Source of the DNA: a virus
Taxonomy: Duplodnaviria; Caudoviricetes
IMG/VR virus record: IMGVR_UViG_3300037478_000095
Span: 1-25,830 of that record
Direction: 5' to 3' (one strand)
DNA: 25,830 nucleotides
Shown here piece by piece: positions 1 through 7,091 of the stretch (position 1 is the stretch's first letter; each line of letters begins with the position of its first letter). Below the pieces are notes generated by a model. It did no database searches. It saw nothing but the letters and a program-made list of their open reading frames with translations, and was not told the origin of the DNA. Both the position numbers and the translations under genes were made by a program.

Positions 1-62
1 CGGTCGTCCTGGATGCGCTGGGCGTAGTCGGCCAGGTCGTGCTGCAACTGACGGCGCGGCAT
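1..62 (-). CDS. 5' end of a hypothetical phage protein (MPRRQLQHDLADYAQRIQDD...), runs off the window
   Basis: ATG at 62 preceded by a GAAGGGGG RBS on the minus strand; open to the window edge. Confidence 0.6.
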   Translation of the reverse strand, partial: MPRRQLQHDLADYAQRIQDD

Positions 63-81
63 GGTTCCCCCTTCTTGGTGC

Positions 82-234
82 CTAGCGGTCGTTCTTGTTC
101 CAGCCTTTGGCGAGCTGCTTGGCCTCGGCCTTGGTGGCGCCTTCCTGCCGGACCTGGCCGGTGCGCTGGTCTTTGACGCCCCAGGTGCCGGTGCCCTTGT
201 GCGGGGTCGGCACGGGGGTGTGGCGCTTGCTCAT
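82..234 (-). CDS. small basic hypothetical protein, 50 aa (MSKRHTPVPTPHKG...)
   Basis: ATG at 234 with AAGGGGAAG RBS and an ATGA overlap with the upstream ORF stop; 3' part of the 82..426 track ORF. Confidence 0.6.
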   Translation of the reverse strand: MSKRHTPVPTPHKGTGTWGVKDQRTGQVRQEGATKAEAKQLAKGWNKNDR

Positions 235-356
235 ATCTGCTTCCCCTTCGATGGCGGCGGCGACGCCGGCGGCTTCGGTAGCGGCCGCAGCGGCACGGGC
301 GGCTTGGGGTGCGGCTCGTTGTCGATCGGCTTCGAGGGCGGCTTGGGCTTGCTCAT
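231..356 (-). CDS. Pro/Lys-rich micro-protein, 41 aa (MSKPKPPSKPIDNEPHPKPP...)
   Basis: ATGA overlaps at both ends (353-356 and 231-234), giving a translationally coupled chain. Confidence 0.5.
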   Translation of the reverse strand: MSKPKPPSKPIDNEPHPKPPVPLRPLPKPPASPPPSKGKQI

Positions 357-1213
357 TTCGGCTCCGGGAAGGACTCGCCGGAACGCTGACGCAGGAGGCG
401 GATCGACTTTCCTGCTCGCCATGCATTCCAGGACTTGATGAACCACGCCAGGACCTCGGCGGTCTCGGTCTGCAGGCGGGTGCTCCCTTCGAAGCTGAGT
501 TTGTTGCGCAGGAAGAGGATCGGTGAGTCTTCGTTCAGCCCAGCGCCAGTACGCAAGCCCTGGAAAAAGGTTTCTGCGTGCTTGGGAGAAACGCGGTCAA
601 ACAGGAAGTAGGCCAGGCCAAGGGTGGATGCCGCGCACCGAACGCCTTTCGAGCTGCGAATGTGGTCGGCGATCTCCGCTGCAATCCAGATGCGCGGGTT
701 CTCTTCGAGGAAGGCCGCCATTTCCTGCTTCGTGGGTGCTTGACGCTGGTTGGAGCGGTACGCACCTTGGTCAAACAGGATGACGCGGCGAATGATGGAT
801 GCCGCTGTTTTGGCATGCGTGGTGCGCCCCTGCAATTCAAGAACGTTGGCCATGGTGCGTTTCCAGCCGTCGTCCATGGTGGCCTGCGATTCAGGCGGCA
901 GATTCCACACGACGAGGAGTCGCAGCGTGACGCCAGATCGGACGATTGCGGCCAGCCGGTTCTGCCCGTCGAGGAGAGTTCCATCGGTGGCAAAGCGGAT
1001 CGAATCGCCATTGATGTACCAGTGACCAGCGGCCATATCTCGGGCGTATCGGGTGATGGCGCCAGGGTTCACGCGACGGTTGCGAGTGTTTCGAGTGTCG
1101 AGGACTTCTTGCGCCCGCTGTGGCGTGAAGGTCACCCATCCGGTACGCGGCCCGGCATCAACTTCGTCGATCTGGCCGGTGGCTGGATTGTGTGCGAACA
1201 TGGACTTGGTCAT
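353..1213 (-). CDS. ParB/Srx-like N-terminal domain phage protein
   Basis: NRR..YARDM..G.W..NGDSIRF..DG.LLDGQNRLAAI motif (DGQHR-type); start at 1213 with AAGGAG RBS and TGATG overlap. Confidence 0.7.
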   Translation of the reverse strand: MTKSMFAHNPATGQIDEVDAGPRTGWVTFTPQRAQEVLDTRNTRNRRVNPGAITRYARDMAAGHWYINGDSIRFATDGTLLDGQNRLAAIVRSGVTLRLLVVWNLPPESQATMDDGWKRTMANVLELQGRTTHAKTAASIIRRVILFDQGAYRSNQRQAPTKQEMAAFLEENPRIWIAAEIADHIRSSKGVRCAASTLGLAYFLFDRVSPKHAETFFQGLRTGAGLNEDSPILFLRNKLSFEGSTRLQTETAEVLAWFIKSWNAWRAGKSIRLLRQRSGESFPEPK

Positions 1214-1992
1214 CAGCTCTCCTTGAGGGTGCGGCGGAAACGGTGGATCGTTTCCGCGATCTCGTCGAGGCTCGTCACCCACCAGTGGCGGGCCTCTTCG
1301 TCTTCGGGCAGGGCAGCCGGGTCTAGGCGTCCGACTGCGGCGGTGATAACAGTCATGGACCGGAGCAGCTCGGGAGCGCAGCGTTGAGTAATGGCTGACG
1401 CGTTGCTGCTATAGCGGTCGTCCTGAGCGAGCTTGAGCAGCCGCTCAGTGTCTTTCCAAAGCTTCCCCACGGCTTGGTGGTAGGTCTCCGGCAATGCGCT
1501 ACGGTTGGGTTGGCGGCGCTGCTGCTTGGGATAGCTCTTGCCGTCACGACCGGTAATGCGAGGTTCAGGGTTAGGCGCCAGACGATCTGGCTCGTCGTCC
1601 AAGGTCGGCTGATCCAGATCGCCCTCTTCAGGTGGGACAAATGTCCCACCTGAAAGATCACGGCCCACTTGCCGCCGAGTGACCCCGGTGATCGGCGCGA
1701 TAGCCCGAGTGCTCATGCCCATCTCAGCCAGACGGATTTCCAACTGCTGACGCTCGGGACGCGGGAGGCGGAGCGGCTGGCGAAACTCCTGCTCGGCGTA
1801 CTCGGTCCACGATCGGTAACCCATGGCGATCCAGGCACCTTCGGTCTGCGCCTGCTCGACCAGTCGGACGAGCTTGTCAACCTGATCTTGGACGGACCCA
1901 AGCAGCGCACGGATGCGTTCAGTGAGTCGGCGAGCGTCGCCCTCGGTCATGTGCTTCACGAGTTCGCCCGTATGGACGTCGATGGCGGTCAT
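1213..1992 (-). CDS. HTH DNA-binding protein of a common actinophage family
   Basis: GYRSWTEY, GMSTRAIAPITGV..RQVGRDL (HTH) and ITGRDGKSYP motifs; ATGA overlap with upstream gene at 1989-1992. Confidence 0.7.
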   Translation of the reverse strand: MTAIDVHTGELVKHMTEGDARRLTERIRALLGSVQDQVDKLVRLVEQAQTEGAWIAMGYRSWTEYAEQEFRQPLRLPRPERQQLEIRLAEMGMSTRAIAPITGVTRRQVGRDLSGGTFVPPEEGDLDQPTLDDEPDRLAPNPEPRITGRDGKSYPKQQRRQPNRSALPETYHQAVGKLWKDTERLLKLAQDDRYSSNASAITQRCAPELLRSMTVITAAVGRLDPAALPEDEEARHWWVTSLDEIAETIHRFRRTLKES

Positions 1993-2195
1993 GCGCTCTT
2001 CGCCCTCTCGTGAGCGCGGCGGAGTTGCCACAGCTCAACCTCGGTCGCGTCGAATAGATACCGCCCATACAGGCCGGGAAGCCGCTGCACATAAGGCAGT
2101 TCGCCGGACTCGGCGAGGCGTTGAACCTTCCGAAGATGGAAGCCGAGCTTGGCCGCAACTTGTGTCGTGGTGAGCAGGCCCTGCGGTTGTGGCAT
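1989..2195 (-). CDS. Cro/excisionase-like HTH_17 DNA-binding protein
   Basis: LLTTTQVAAKLGFHLRKVQRLAESGELP...GRYLFDATEV winged-HTH pattern; divergent from the repressor; leaderless start at 2195. Confidence 0.8.
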   Translation of the reverse strand: MPQPQGLLTTTQVAAKLGFHLRKVQRLAESGELPYVQRLPGLYGRYLFDATEVELWQLRRAHERAKSA

Positions 2196-2201
2196 GAAGT
2201 G

Positions 2202-2230
2202 AGAATCGCACAATGTCACGTTCGCGTCAA
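2202..2230 (-). promoter_or_regulatory. leftward (lytic) promoter, probably leaderless
   Basis: minus strand reads TTGACG-17 nt-GATTCT-6 nt-ATG(2195). Confidence 0.6.
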
Positions 2231-2300
2231 GGACGCGCTACAGTGAATCTGTGCAAGCGGTCCGATTAGCCCATGCCAACCTCTTGACGCGTACGCGACA
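2214..2300. repeat. inverted 18-bp repeat pair CTTGACGCGWACGYGACA, candidate operators
   Basis: copies at 2214-2231 (minus) and 2283-2300 (plus), 16/18 identical, each overlapping a -35 box; the right copy holds the palindrome CGCGTACGCG. Confidence 0.65.
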
Positions 2301-2313
2301 GATGTCGTACGTT
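2284..2313 (+). promoter_or_regulatory. repressor promoter, probably leaderless
   Basis: TTGACG(2284)-18 nt-TACGTT(2308)-6 nt-ATG(2320). Confidence 0.65.
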
Positions 2314-2319
2314 GGCCAC

Positions 2320-2718
2320 ATGACCGAGGTGCAACAGGAACTTCGCATCCCGCCATGGACCCTGGGGTGGCGACTACAACGCGCCCTCGACTGGGGTAAG
2401 GTGTCAACGCAGGAAATGGCCGACGAGCTAGAGGTCAGTCGAGGCACGATTAGCCGTTGGTGCCACGATCAAGGCATGCCCAAGAGGATCTTCCTCAAGC
2501 ATTGGGCGTTGCGTACGGGTGTCCCATTTGAGTGGCTTGCGCTCGGTGTCGGTGAATCTGCGCAGCAGGATATATCGGGGCATACACGTAGACCTGCTGG
2601 TATACCAGCCCAACCCGCGACTCCCGGTCACGCTCCTGTCGATAACGAAATCACCCGGCTCCGCAAACGCATTCCGCTGAACCCCGCGCTCGCGCTCGTC
2701 CTGAGGATGGCGGCATGA
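2320..2718 (+). CDS. immunity repressor (XRE HTH) with a C-terminal ssrA-like tail
   Basis: WTLGWRLQRAL...STQEMADELEVSRGTISRW...WALRTGVPFEWL pattern of actinophage repressors; ends ...LALVLRMAA. Confidence 0.85.
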   Translation: MTEVQQELRIPPWTLGWRLQRALDWGKVSTQEMADELEVSRGTISRWCHDQGMPKRIFLKHWALRTGVPFEWLALGVGESAQQDISGHTRRPAGIPAQPATPGHAPVDNEITRLRKRIPLNPALALVLRMAA

Positions 2719-3026
2719 CCGCTCTCGCAGTTCCGGCGCGGTATACATTCCGCGACTTGGTGCACGCCGATGCGCTAATTGCGGCGCACAGCGAGCAGTA
2801 CACGTTTCGGTACGACGACAACGCCGCGTATTTCGCCTGGGCATCCAAGCGGGACGATCTGCTGAGCTTCCGGAACGCCGAGTTGGCGAAGGTCACTCTT
2901 TTGCTGTGCCGCAGGTGTGAGGGCACGGGAATGACCGGATGGCTGCATCGCTACGGCGGCGTGTGCTTCACCTGTAGAGGCGACGGCTGGAGCGCGAGAG
3001 GACGTCGGGCGGTGCAGTCGTCATGA
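2715..3026 (+). CDS. hypothetical protein with a DnaJ-type zinc finger
   Basis: CRRCEGTG and CFTCRGDG repeats; ATGA overlap with the repressor stop. Confidence 0.7.
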   Translation: MTALAVPARYTFRDLVHADALIAAHSEQYTFRYDDNAAYFAWASKRDDLLSFRNAELAKVTLLLCRRCEGTGMTGWLHRYGGVCFTCRGDGWSARGRRAVQSS

Positions 3027-3121
3027 CTTCCGCCGTTCCGGATACAACCGTCCAAGGTCAGGAGTATGGTCACGCGCCTGAGCCGAAGATCCCTGGGGGG
3101 GCAATCGACGGCAGGGGAGAC

Positions 3122-3991
3122 ATGTTCGGCCGGGGGGATCACACCGAGACATGGGCGGCAGCCATCGACGGCTGGACCACCTCACTACGAGTCAGCAAAT
3201 CAGCCACCACCATCCGGCAGCGCCGCTGGCAGCTGCGCAAACTCGCCGAAACCTACTCGCGGCGGCACCCGTTCAAGCTGAGCCTGGATGAGCTCGAGGC
3301 GTGGCTCGGCGGGCAGGACTGGAACGCCGAGTCCCGCAAGTCCGCGCGCGGCGCGGTCCGCTCGTTCTACACCTGGGCGGTCAAGACCGGCAGGTGCAAG
3401 CGCAACCCGGCTGACAAGCTGGACCCGATCACGGTGCCGCGCCGACTGCCGCGCCCGGCCGCCGACGCGGTGCTGCTGGCCGCCCTCGACGGCGCCGACG
3501 ACCGGCTCACGTTGATGCTGCTGCTCGCGGCGCAGGGCGGGCTGCGGGTGCACGAGATCGCCGGGCTGCGGTGGGACAGCATCGACGGCGACTGGCTCAT
3601 CATCCGCGGCAAGCGGGGCACCGAACGCAGGGTCGGCATCGCGGCCCGGCTGCTGGCCGCCCTGGCCGCCGAGCAGGAGCGCCGCGCCACCGGGCACCTC
3701 GGTTCGGGGTTCCGGTGGCGCGCCGGGCATAGCGACCCGGCCGTGTGGGTGTTTCCCGGCCGCCACGGCGGCGGGATGACCCCGACCTGGGCGTCGGCGC
3801 TGATCTCGGCCGCCCTGGGTGACGGCACCACCGCCCACCAGCTGCGGCACCGCGCGGCCACCACGGCGTTGGACGAGACCGGGGACCTGGCCGCGGTGCA
3901 GGACTTCCTCGGGCATGCCAAACCTGAGACCACCCGCATCTACGCACGGAGCAGCGACCGCGCCCTGCGGCGCGTCGCCGACTCGCTATGA
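3122..3991 (+). CDS. int: tyrosine integrase lacking the N-terminal arm-binding domain (alternative start 3023)
   Basis: catalytic residues R (GLRVHEI), K (RGKRG), HxxR (HQLRH), H (LGHA), Y (TRIY); GGGGAGA RBS before ATG 3122. Confidence 0.92.
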   Translation: MFGRGDHTETWAAAIDGWTTSLRVSKSATTIRQRRWQLRKLAETYSRRHPFKLSLDELEAWLGGQDWNAESRKSARGAVRSFYTWAVKTGRCKRNPADKLDPITVPRRLPRPAADAVLLAALDGADDRLTLMLLLAAQGGLRVHEIAGLRWDSIDGDWLIIRGKRGTERRVGIAARLLAALAAEQERRATGHLGSGFRWRAGHSDPAVWVFPGRHGGGMTPTWASALISAALGDGTTAHQLRHRAATTALDETGDLAAVQDFLGHAKPETTRIYARSSDRALRRVADSL

Positions 3992-4002
3992 GGAGGACCG
4001 AC

Positions 4003-4380
4003 ATGACACCCGAGCAACTGGCCCAGATCGAAGCGCGCACCGAGGCAACGACGCCCGGGCCGTGGCAGGTGCTCTCGCAATGCCCGCCGGGCAAGCATCA
4101 CCACGACCGGGATGAGATGTGGATCGGAACCTCCGATCGCGCCACCATCGCGGTAGTCGGCGAGCGTTACACCGCCGCTCCAGCCGAAGCTGAGTTCATT
4201 GCCCACGCCCGCGCCGACGTGCCCGCACTCACGACCGCGGTGCGCCGCCTCCGCACCGCCATGGAGACAGTGCTCGCGCTGCATCAGCCCACCGAGGACC
4301 AACACGCCGATCAATGGTGTGCCGAATGCGGCGGCGGCTGGGAATGCGCCACCGTCCGCGCGATCACAGACACCACCTGA
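4003..4380 (+). CDS. conserved actinophage hypothetical protein (Ead/Ea22-like) with a CxxC tail
   Basis: EQLAQIEAR..ATTPGPW...AEFIAHARADVPAL motif and C-terminal WCAECG..WEC; AGGAGG RBS. Confidence 0.75.
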   Translation: MTPEQLAQIEARTEATTPGPWQVLSQCPPGKHHHDRDEMWIGTSDRATIAVVGERYTAAPAEAEFIAHARADVPALTTAVRRLRTAMETVLALHQPTEDQHADQWCAECGGGWECATVRAITDTT

Positions 4381-4384
4381 GACC

Positions 4385-4457
4385 CCTGCCGCCGGGAAGG
4401 TGTACCCCGGCCCGGCGGCAGGCCAAACCGTAGGGGTACGCAACAGATAGGGGTACG
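4385..4457 (+). promoter_or_regulatory. structured leader: 12-bp hairpin plus a duplicated TAGGGGTACG box
   Basis: stem CCTGCCGCCGGG(4385-4396)/CCCGGCGGCAGG(4411-4422); TAGGGGTACG at 4431-4440 and 4448-4457, the second covering the RBS. Confidence 0.55.
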
Positions 4458-4459
4458 AC

Positions 4460-4606
4460 ATGTATGAAGGGGCACTGCCCAGGACGGGGCTGGCCATCGG
4501 CATCGGCGGGGCCGCACTGGGCCTGTCGTGGTTGATCGCCGTGGCGCTCGTGATCATCGTCGGCGGCGTGCTGCTGACCCGGTACGGGCACCGCAGCCGT
4601 GCGTAA
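4460..4606 (+). CDS. 48-aa minimal LPxTG sortase-signal peptide (not in ORF track)
   Basis: MYEGA-LPRTG-LAIGIGGAALGLSWLIAVALVIIVGGVLLT-RYGHRSRA*; AGGGG RBS; stop overlaps the GTG start of the glycosyltransferase. Confidence 0.75.
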   Translation: MYEGALPRTGLAIGIGGAALGLSWLIAVALVIIVGGVLLTRYGHRSRA

Positions 4607-5861
4607 GGCAGCGGCGTGGGCGGTCGTCGTAATGACGGCCGCCCTGATCGCCGGATTCCACCTCGACCAGTGGGGCGGCGACTGGAACATGACGATGGCG
4701 TTCTACATCGCCGTGGCCGGGATGCTGGTCTGGATGCTCGCGTCCTCGGCGCGTCGGCGCAGCTTCACCCACTTGCCGGTCGCGCCGGGCCGCGTCGTGG
4801 CAATCGTGCCGGCGTTCAACGAACGACCCGAGCTGCTGTACGCGTGCGTACGTTCGCTGATGCTGCAGACCAAACCGCCGGAGCAGATCATCGTCATGGA
4901 CGACGGCTCGGACATTCCGGTGGTGCCGATCGACCTGCCGGGCGTGGTGTGGATGCGTCAGGACAACGCCGGTAAGCGGTGGGCGCAGATGGCCGGGTTG
5001 GAGCGGGCCGGCGCCGCCGAGTGGGCCGACTTCGTGGTGACCGTGGACAGCGACAGCGTCGTGGCACCGGACGGGCTCGAGCAGTTGCTGCGGGCCATGT
5101 CCGACCCGAAGATTCAGGCCGCAACCGGGACCTGCCTGGTTCGCAACCGCACCGAGACGATCTGGACCCGGCTGCAGGACCTTGAGATCAACCTGGGCAA
5201 CATGGTGATGCGCCGTGCCCGGTCGAGCGTGGGAGCGGTTGCACCGACGTCGGGGCCGCTGGCCATCTACCACGCGAGCATCCTGTGGGACAACGCGTAT
5301 GACTACCTGACCGAAGGCACGTTCGGCGACGATCGGCGGCTCACCCACTACGCGCTCGGTCGCGGCCAGGTGGTCGCGGTCGATGAGGCGCGGGTCGAGT
5401 TCGAGATGCCGACCACCTACCGGGGCACGTTCCGGCAGCGGACCCGCTGGTTCAAGGGCTACATGCGGTACCTGCCGTGGGAACTTCGGAACTTCTCCGG
5501 CTGGCCGCTGGCGCTGCGGTGCTGGAACCTGACGCTGGTGGCGCTGTATCCGCTGATCCTCGGCTTCGTGTTCGTGGCGATCCCGTTGACGGGTGGGCCG
5601 GTGTACTGGCAGATGGTCCCGTACTGGGTGGCGTTGCTGTACACGCAGACCGCTCTGTACCTCGAGCGTCCGGAGATGCCGATGCGGTCCCGGCTGGCGG
5701 CGTGGCTGTTGTTGACACCGCTGCTGGTGATCTACCAGGCGGTGCTGATCCGACCGGCGCTGTACTACGCGGCGACACAGGTGCGGAACATGAGCTGGGC
5801 GACGCGTGGCGATGTCAAGCACCGCCGCCAGCGTGGCCGTTACCGACTGGTGACGGCATAG
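4599..5861 (+). CDS. processive family 2 glycosyltransferase, hyaluronan synthase/NodC-like
   Basis: two N-terminal TMs; IVPAFNE, MDDGS, NAGKR.AQ, TVDSDS, SGPLAIY, FGDDRRLT, QRTRW motifs; about three C-terminal TMs. Confidence 0.9.
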   Translation: MRKAAAWAVVVMTAALIAGFHLDQWGGDWNMTMAFYIAVAGMLVWMLASSARRRSFTHLPVAPGRVVAIVPAFNERPELLYACVRSLMLQTKPPEQIIVMDDGSDIPVVPIDLPGVVWMRQDNAGKRWAQMAGLERAGAAEWADFVVTVDSDSVVAPDGLEQLLRAMSDPKIQAATGTCLVRNRTETIWTRLQDLEINLGNMVMRRARSSVGAVAPTSGPLAIYHASILWDNAYDYLTEGTFGDDRRLTHYALGRGQVVAVDEARVEFEMPTTYRGTFRQRTRWFKGYMRYLPWELRNFSGWPLALRCWNLTLVALYPLILGFVFVAIPLTGGPVYWQMVPYWVALLYTQTALYLERPEMPMRSRLAAWLLLTPLLVIYQAVLIRPALYYAATQVRNMSWATRGDVKHRRQRGRYRLVTA

Positions 5862-5868
5862 AAAATGC

Positions 5869-5900
5869 GCCCCCACCCCGCGTGAACGGGATGGGGGCTT
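5869..5900. terminator. hairpin after the glycosyltransferase
   Basis: GCCCCCACCCCG/CGGGATGGGGGC stem with one mismatch and a 6-nt loop; short A run before, TT after. Confidence 0.55.
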
Positions 5901-5922
5901 ACGGCCACACAACCTAGGAGGC

Positions 5923-6165
5923 ATGGCCGTGGATGAGAGATTACTGCCGCCGACAGCGCACACGCTAGCGGCGAAGATACAAGACGATCTGCGAGAGTGG
6001 AAGGCCCGCGATCCGGCGCGGCCGCGGTTCGAGACGCGCCGCGCCAATGAGCGGGCGTGTCGTCTGCTCGGTGACCTTATCGTGGTGCTGCAGGATTTCC
6101 GGGACGAGTTGACCCGCGAGCTCGGCGAGTACGACGACGCGAGACGGAGGCTGGCACGTGGATGA
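5923..6165 (+). CDS. hypothetical protein
   Basis: strong AGGAGG RBS; 80-aa helical-looking ORF. Confidence 0.7.
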   Translation: MAVDERLLPPTAHTLAAKIQDDLREWKARDPARPRFETRRANERACRLLGDLIVVLQDFRDELTRELGEYDDARRRLARG

Positions 6166-6688
6166 CCCGATGGACCTGGTGCGTGCGTACGGCATGTCGG
6201 TCAAGGAGGCCGCTGATAACTGGGTTAGGGCGGCCGAGTCGATTGCCGCCGCGATGCGAGCGCAGGGAGAAGAAGAGGCCGTGACTGACCTGGTGGAGTT
6301 TGTGCGAGCATGCCTGGACGATGACGAGCGGGTGGCGCGATTTGAGCATCATGAGATGTGGGGTTCGTACCCGGAACTCAAACATCTCGGCACGGGCGAT
6401 CTGCAGATCAGCACGGCGCGGGTGCTGGCCGAGGTGGCGGCGAAAAGAGCGATCCTGGACGTGGCGCTCGGCAGCATTGAGGTCGGGCGTCCACTGACGG
6501 GCAATCGCATCGTGCGCCTGCTCGCCCAGCCGTTCGCCGGGCGGACGGGCTGGCGGGAGGAGTGGGCATCACTGCCGGAATCCGAGATCGCGAGCGTGGA
6601 CGCGGTGGATGTCTGGGATGAGCACACCGGGGAGAGTGTCTACTCATGGCGCGATCCAGAAGTTTGGAAAGAACGCAACGACTCCTAG
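6158..6688 (+). CDS. DUF6221-like actinophage protein (conserved core starts at GTG 6281)
   Basis: DLVEFVRACLDDDERVAR...ARVLAEVAAKRAIL...RLLAQPFAGRTGWREEW signature. Confidence 0.75.
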   Translation: MDDPMDLVRAYGMSVKEAADNWVRAAESIAAAMRAQGEEEAVTDLVEFVRACLDDDERVARFEHHEMWGSYPELKHLGTGDLQISTARVLAEVAAKRAILDVALGSIEVGRPLTGNRIVRLLAQPFAGRTGWREEWASLPESEIASVDAVDVWDEHTGESVYSWRDPEVWKERNDS

Positions 6689-6757
6689 TTAACACGGGAG
6701 ATGCGCCCGGCCCCGGCGGCGCCGCTTAGGGGGTGGCGTCGCCGGGCATGCGAAAGC

Positions 6758-6790
6758 GGCCCCGCTCCCATTGAGAGGAGCGGGGCCTTG
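6758..6790. terminator. probable bidirectional terminator between convergent transcription units
   Basis: perfect 11-bp stem GGCCCCGCTCC/GGAGCGGGGCC flanked by AAA and TT; a second hairpin lies at 6712-6746. Confidence 0.7.
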
Positions 6791-6797
6791 TCGTCGG

Positions 6798-6983
6798 CTA
6801 CTTGCACTCGGGGCGATCGTCGACCTGCCCAGGCGGATGACACTGCGCACCCTGGTCCTGCGGTGCGTTGTTGCCCTGCCCGTTGCCCGCGCCGGGCCCG
6901 AACGACGGGTCGGCGGCGGCGACGGTTGCGCCGGAGCCGAGCACGATGAGGCTGAGCGCGGCGGCGGCGAAAAGGCGCTTCAT
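6798..6983 (-). CDS. small secreted two-cysteine peptide
   Basis: GGAGGTG RBS; signal peptide MKRLFAAAALSLIVLGSGATVAAA|D; 37-aa mature part with C-x11-C. Confidence 0.8.
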   Translation of the reverse strand: MKRLFAAAALSLIVLGSGATVAAADPSFGPGAGNGQGNNAPQDQGAQCHPPGQVDDRPECK

Positions 6984-7021
6984 GGTTTCACCTCCCCTCT
7001 TGCCTAGAATCGCGGCGGCAA

Positions 7022-7058
7022 CCGCTGCCCGGCTCTGGGGGGCCGAACCGGGCAGCGG
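7022..7058. terminator. hairpin at the end of the late operon
   Basis: CCGCTGCCCGG/CCGGGCAGCGG perfect 11-bp stem. Confidence 0.5.
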
Positions 7059-7091
7059 CTTTGTGCCGCCACTGTGGGGGAACAGCGGCGT

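Noticed and set aside
2251-2319. Track start of the repressor at 2251
   Set aside because: Overlaps the promoter/operator region; ATG 2320 fits a leaderless promoter.
2550-4460. tRNA gene or attL/attR junction near the integrase
   Set aside because: No GTTCGA T-loop or cloverleaf seen, and phage-type genes continue on both sides.
4554-6047. 497-aa minus-strand ORF
   Set aside because: Shadow of the glycosyltransferase; Arg/His-rich with no recognisable domain.
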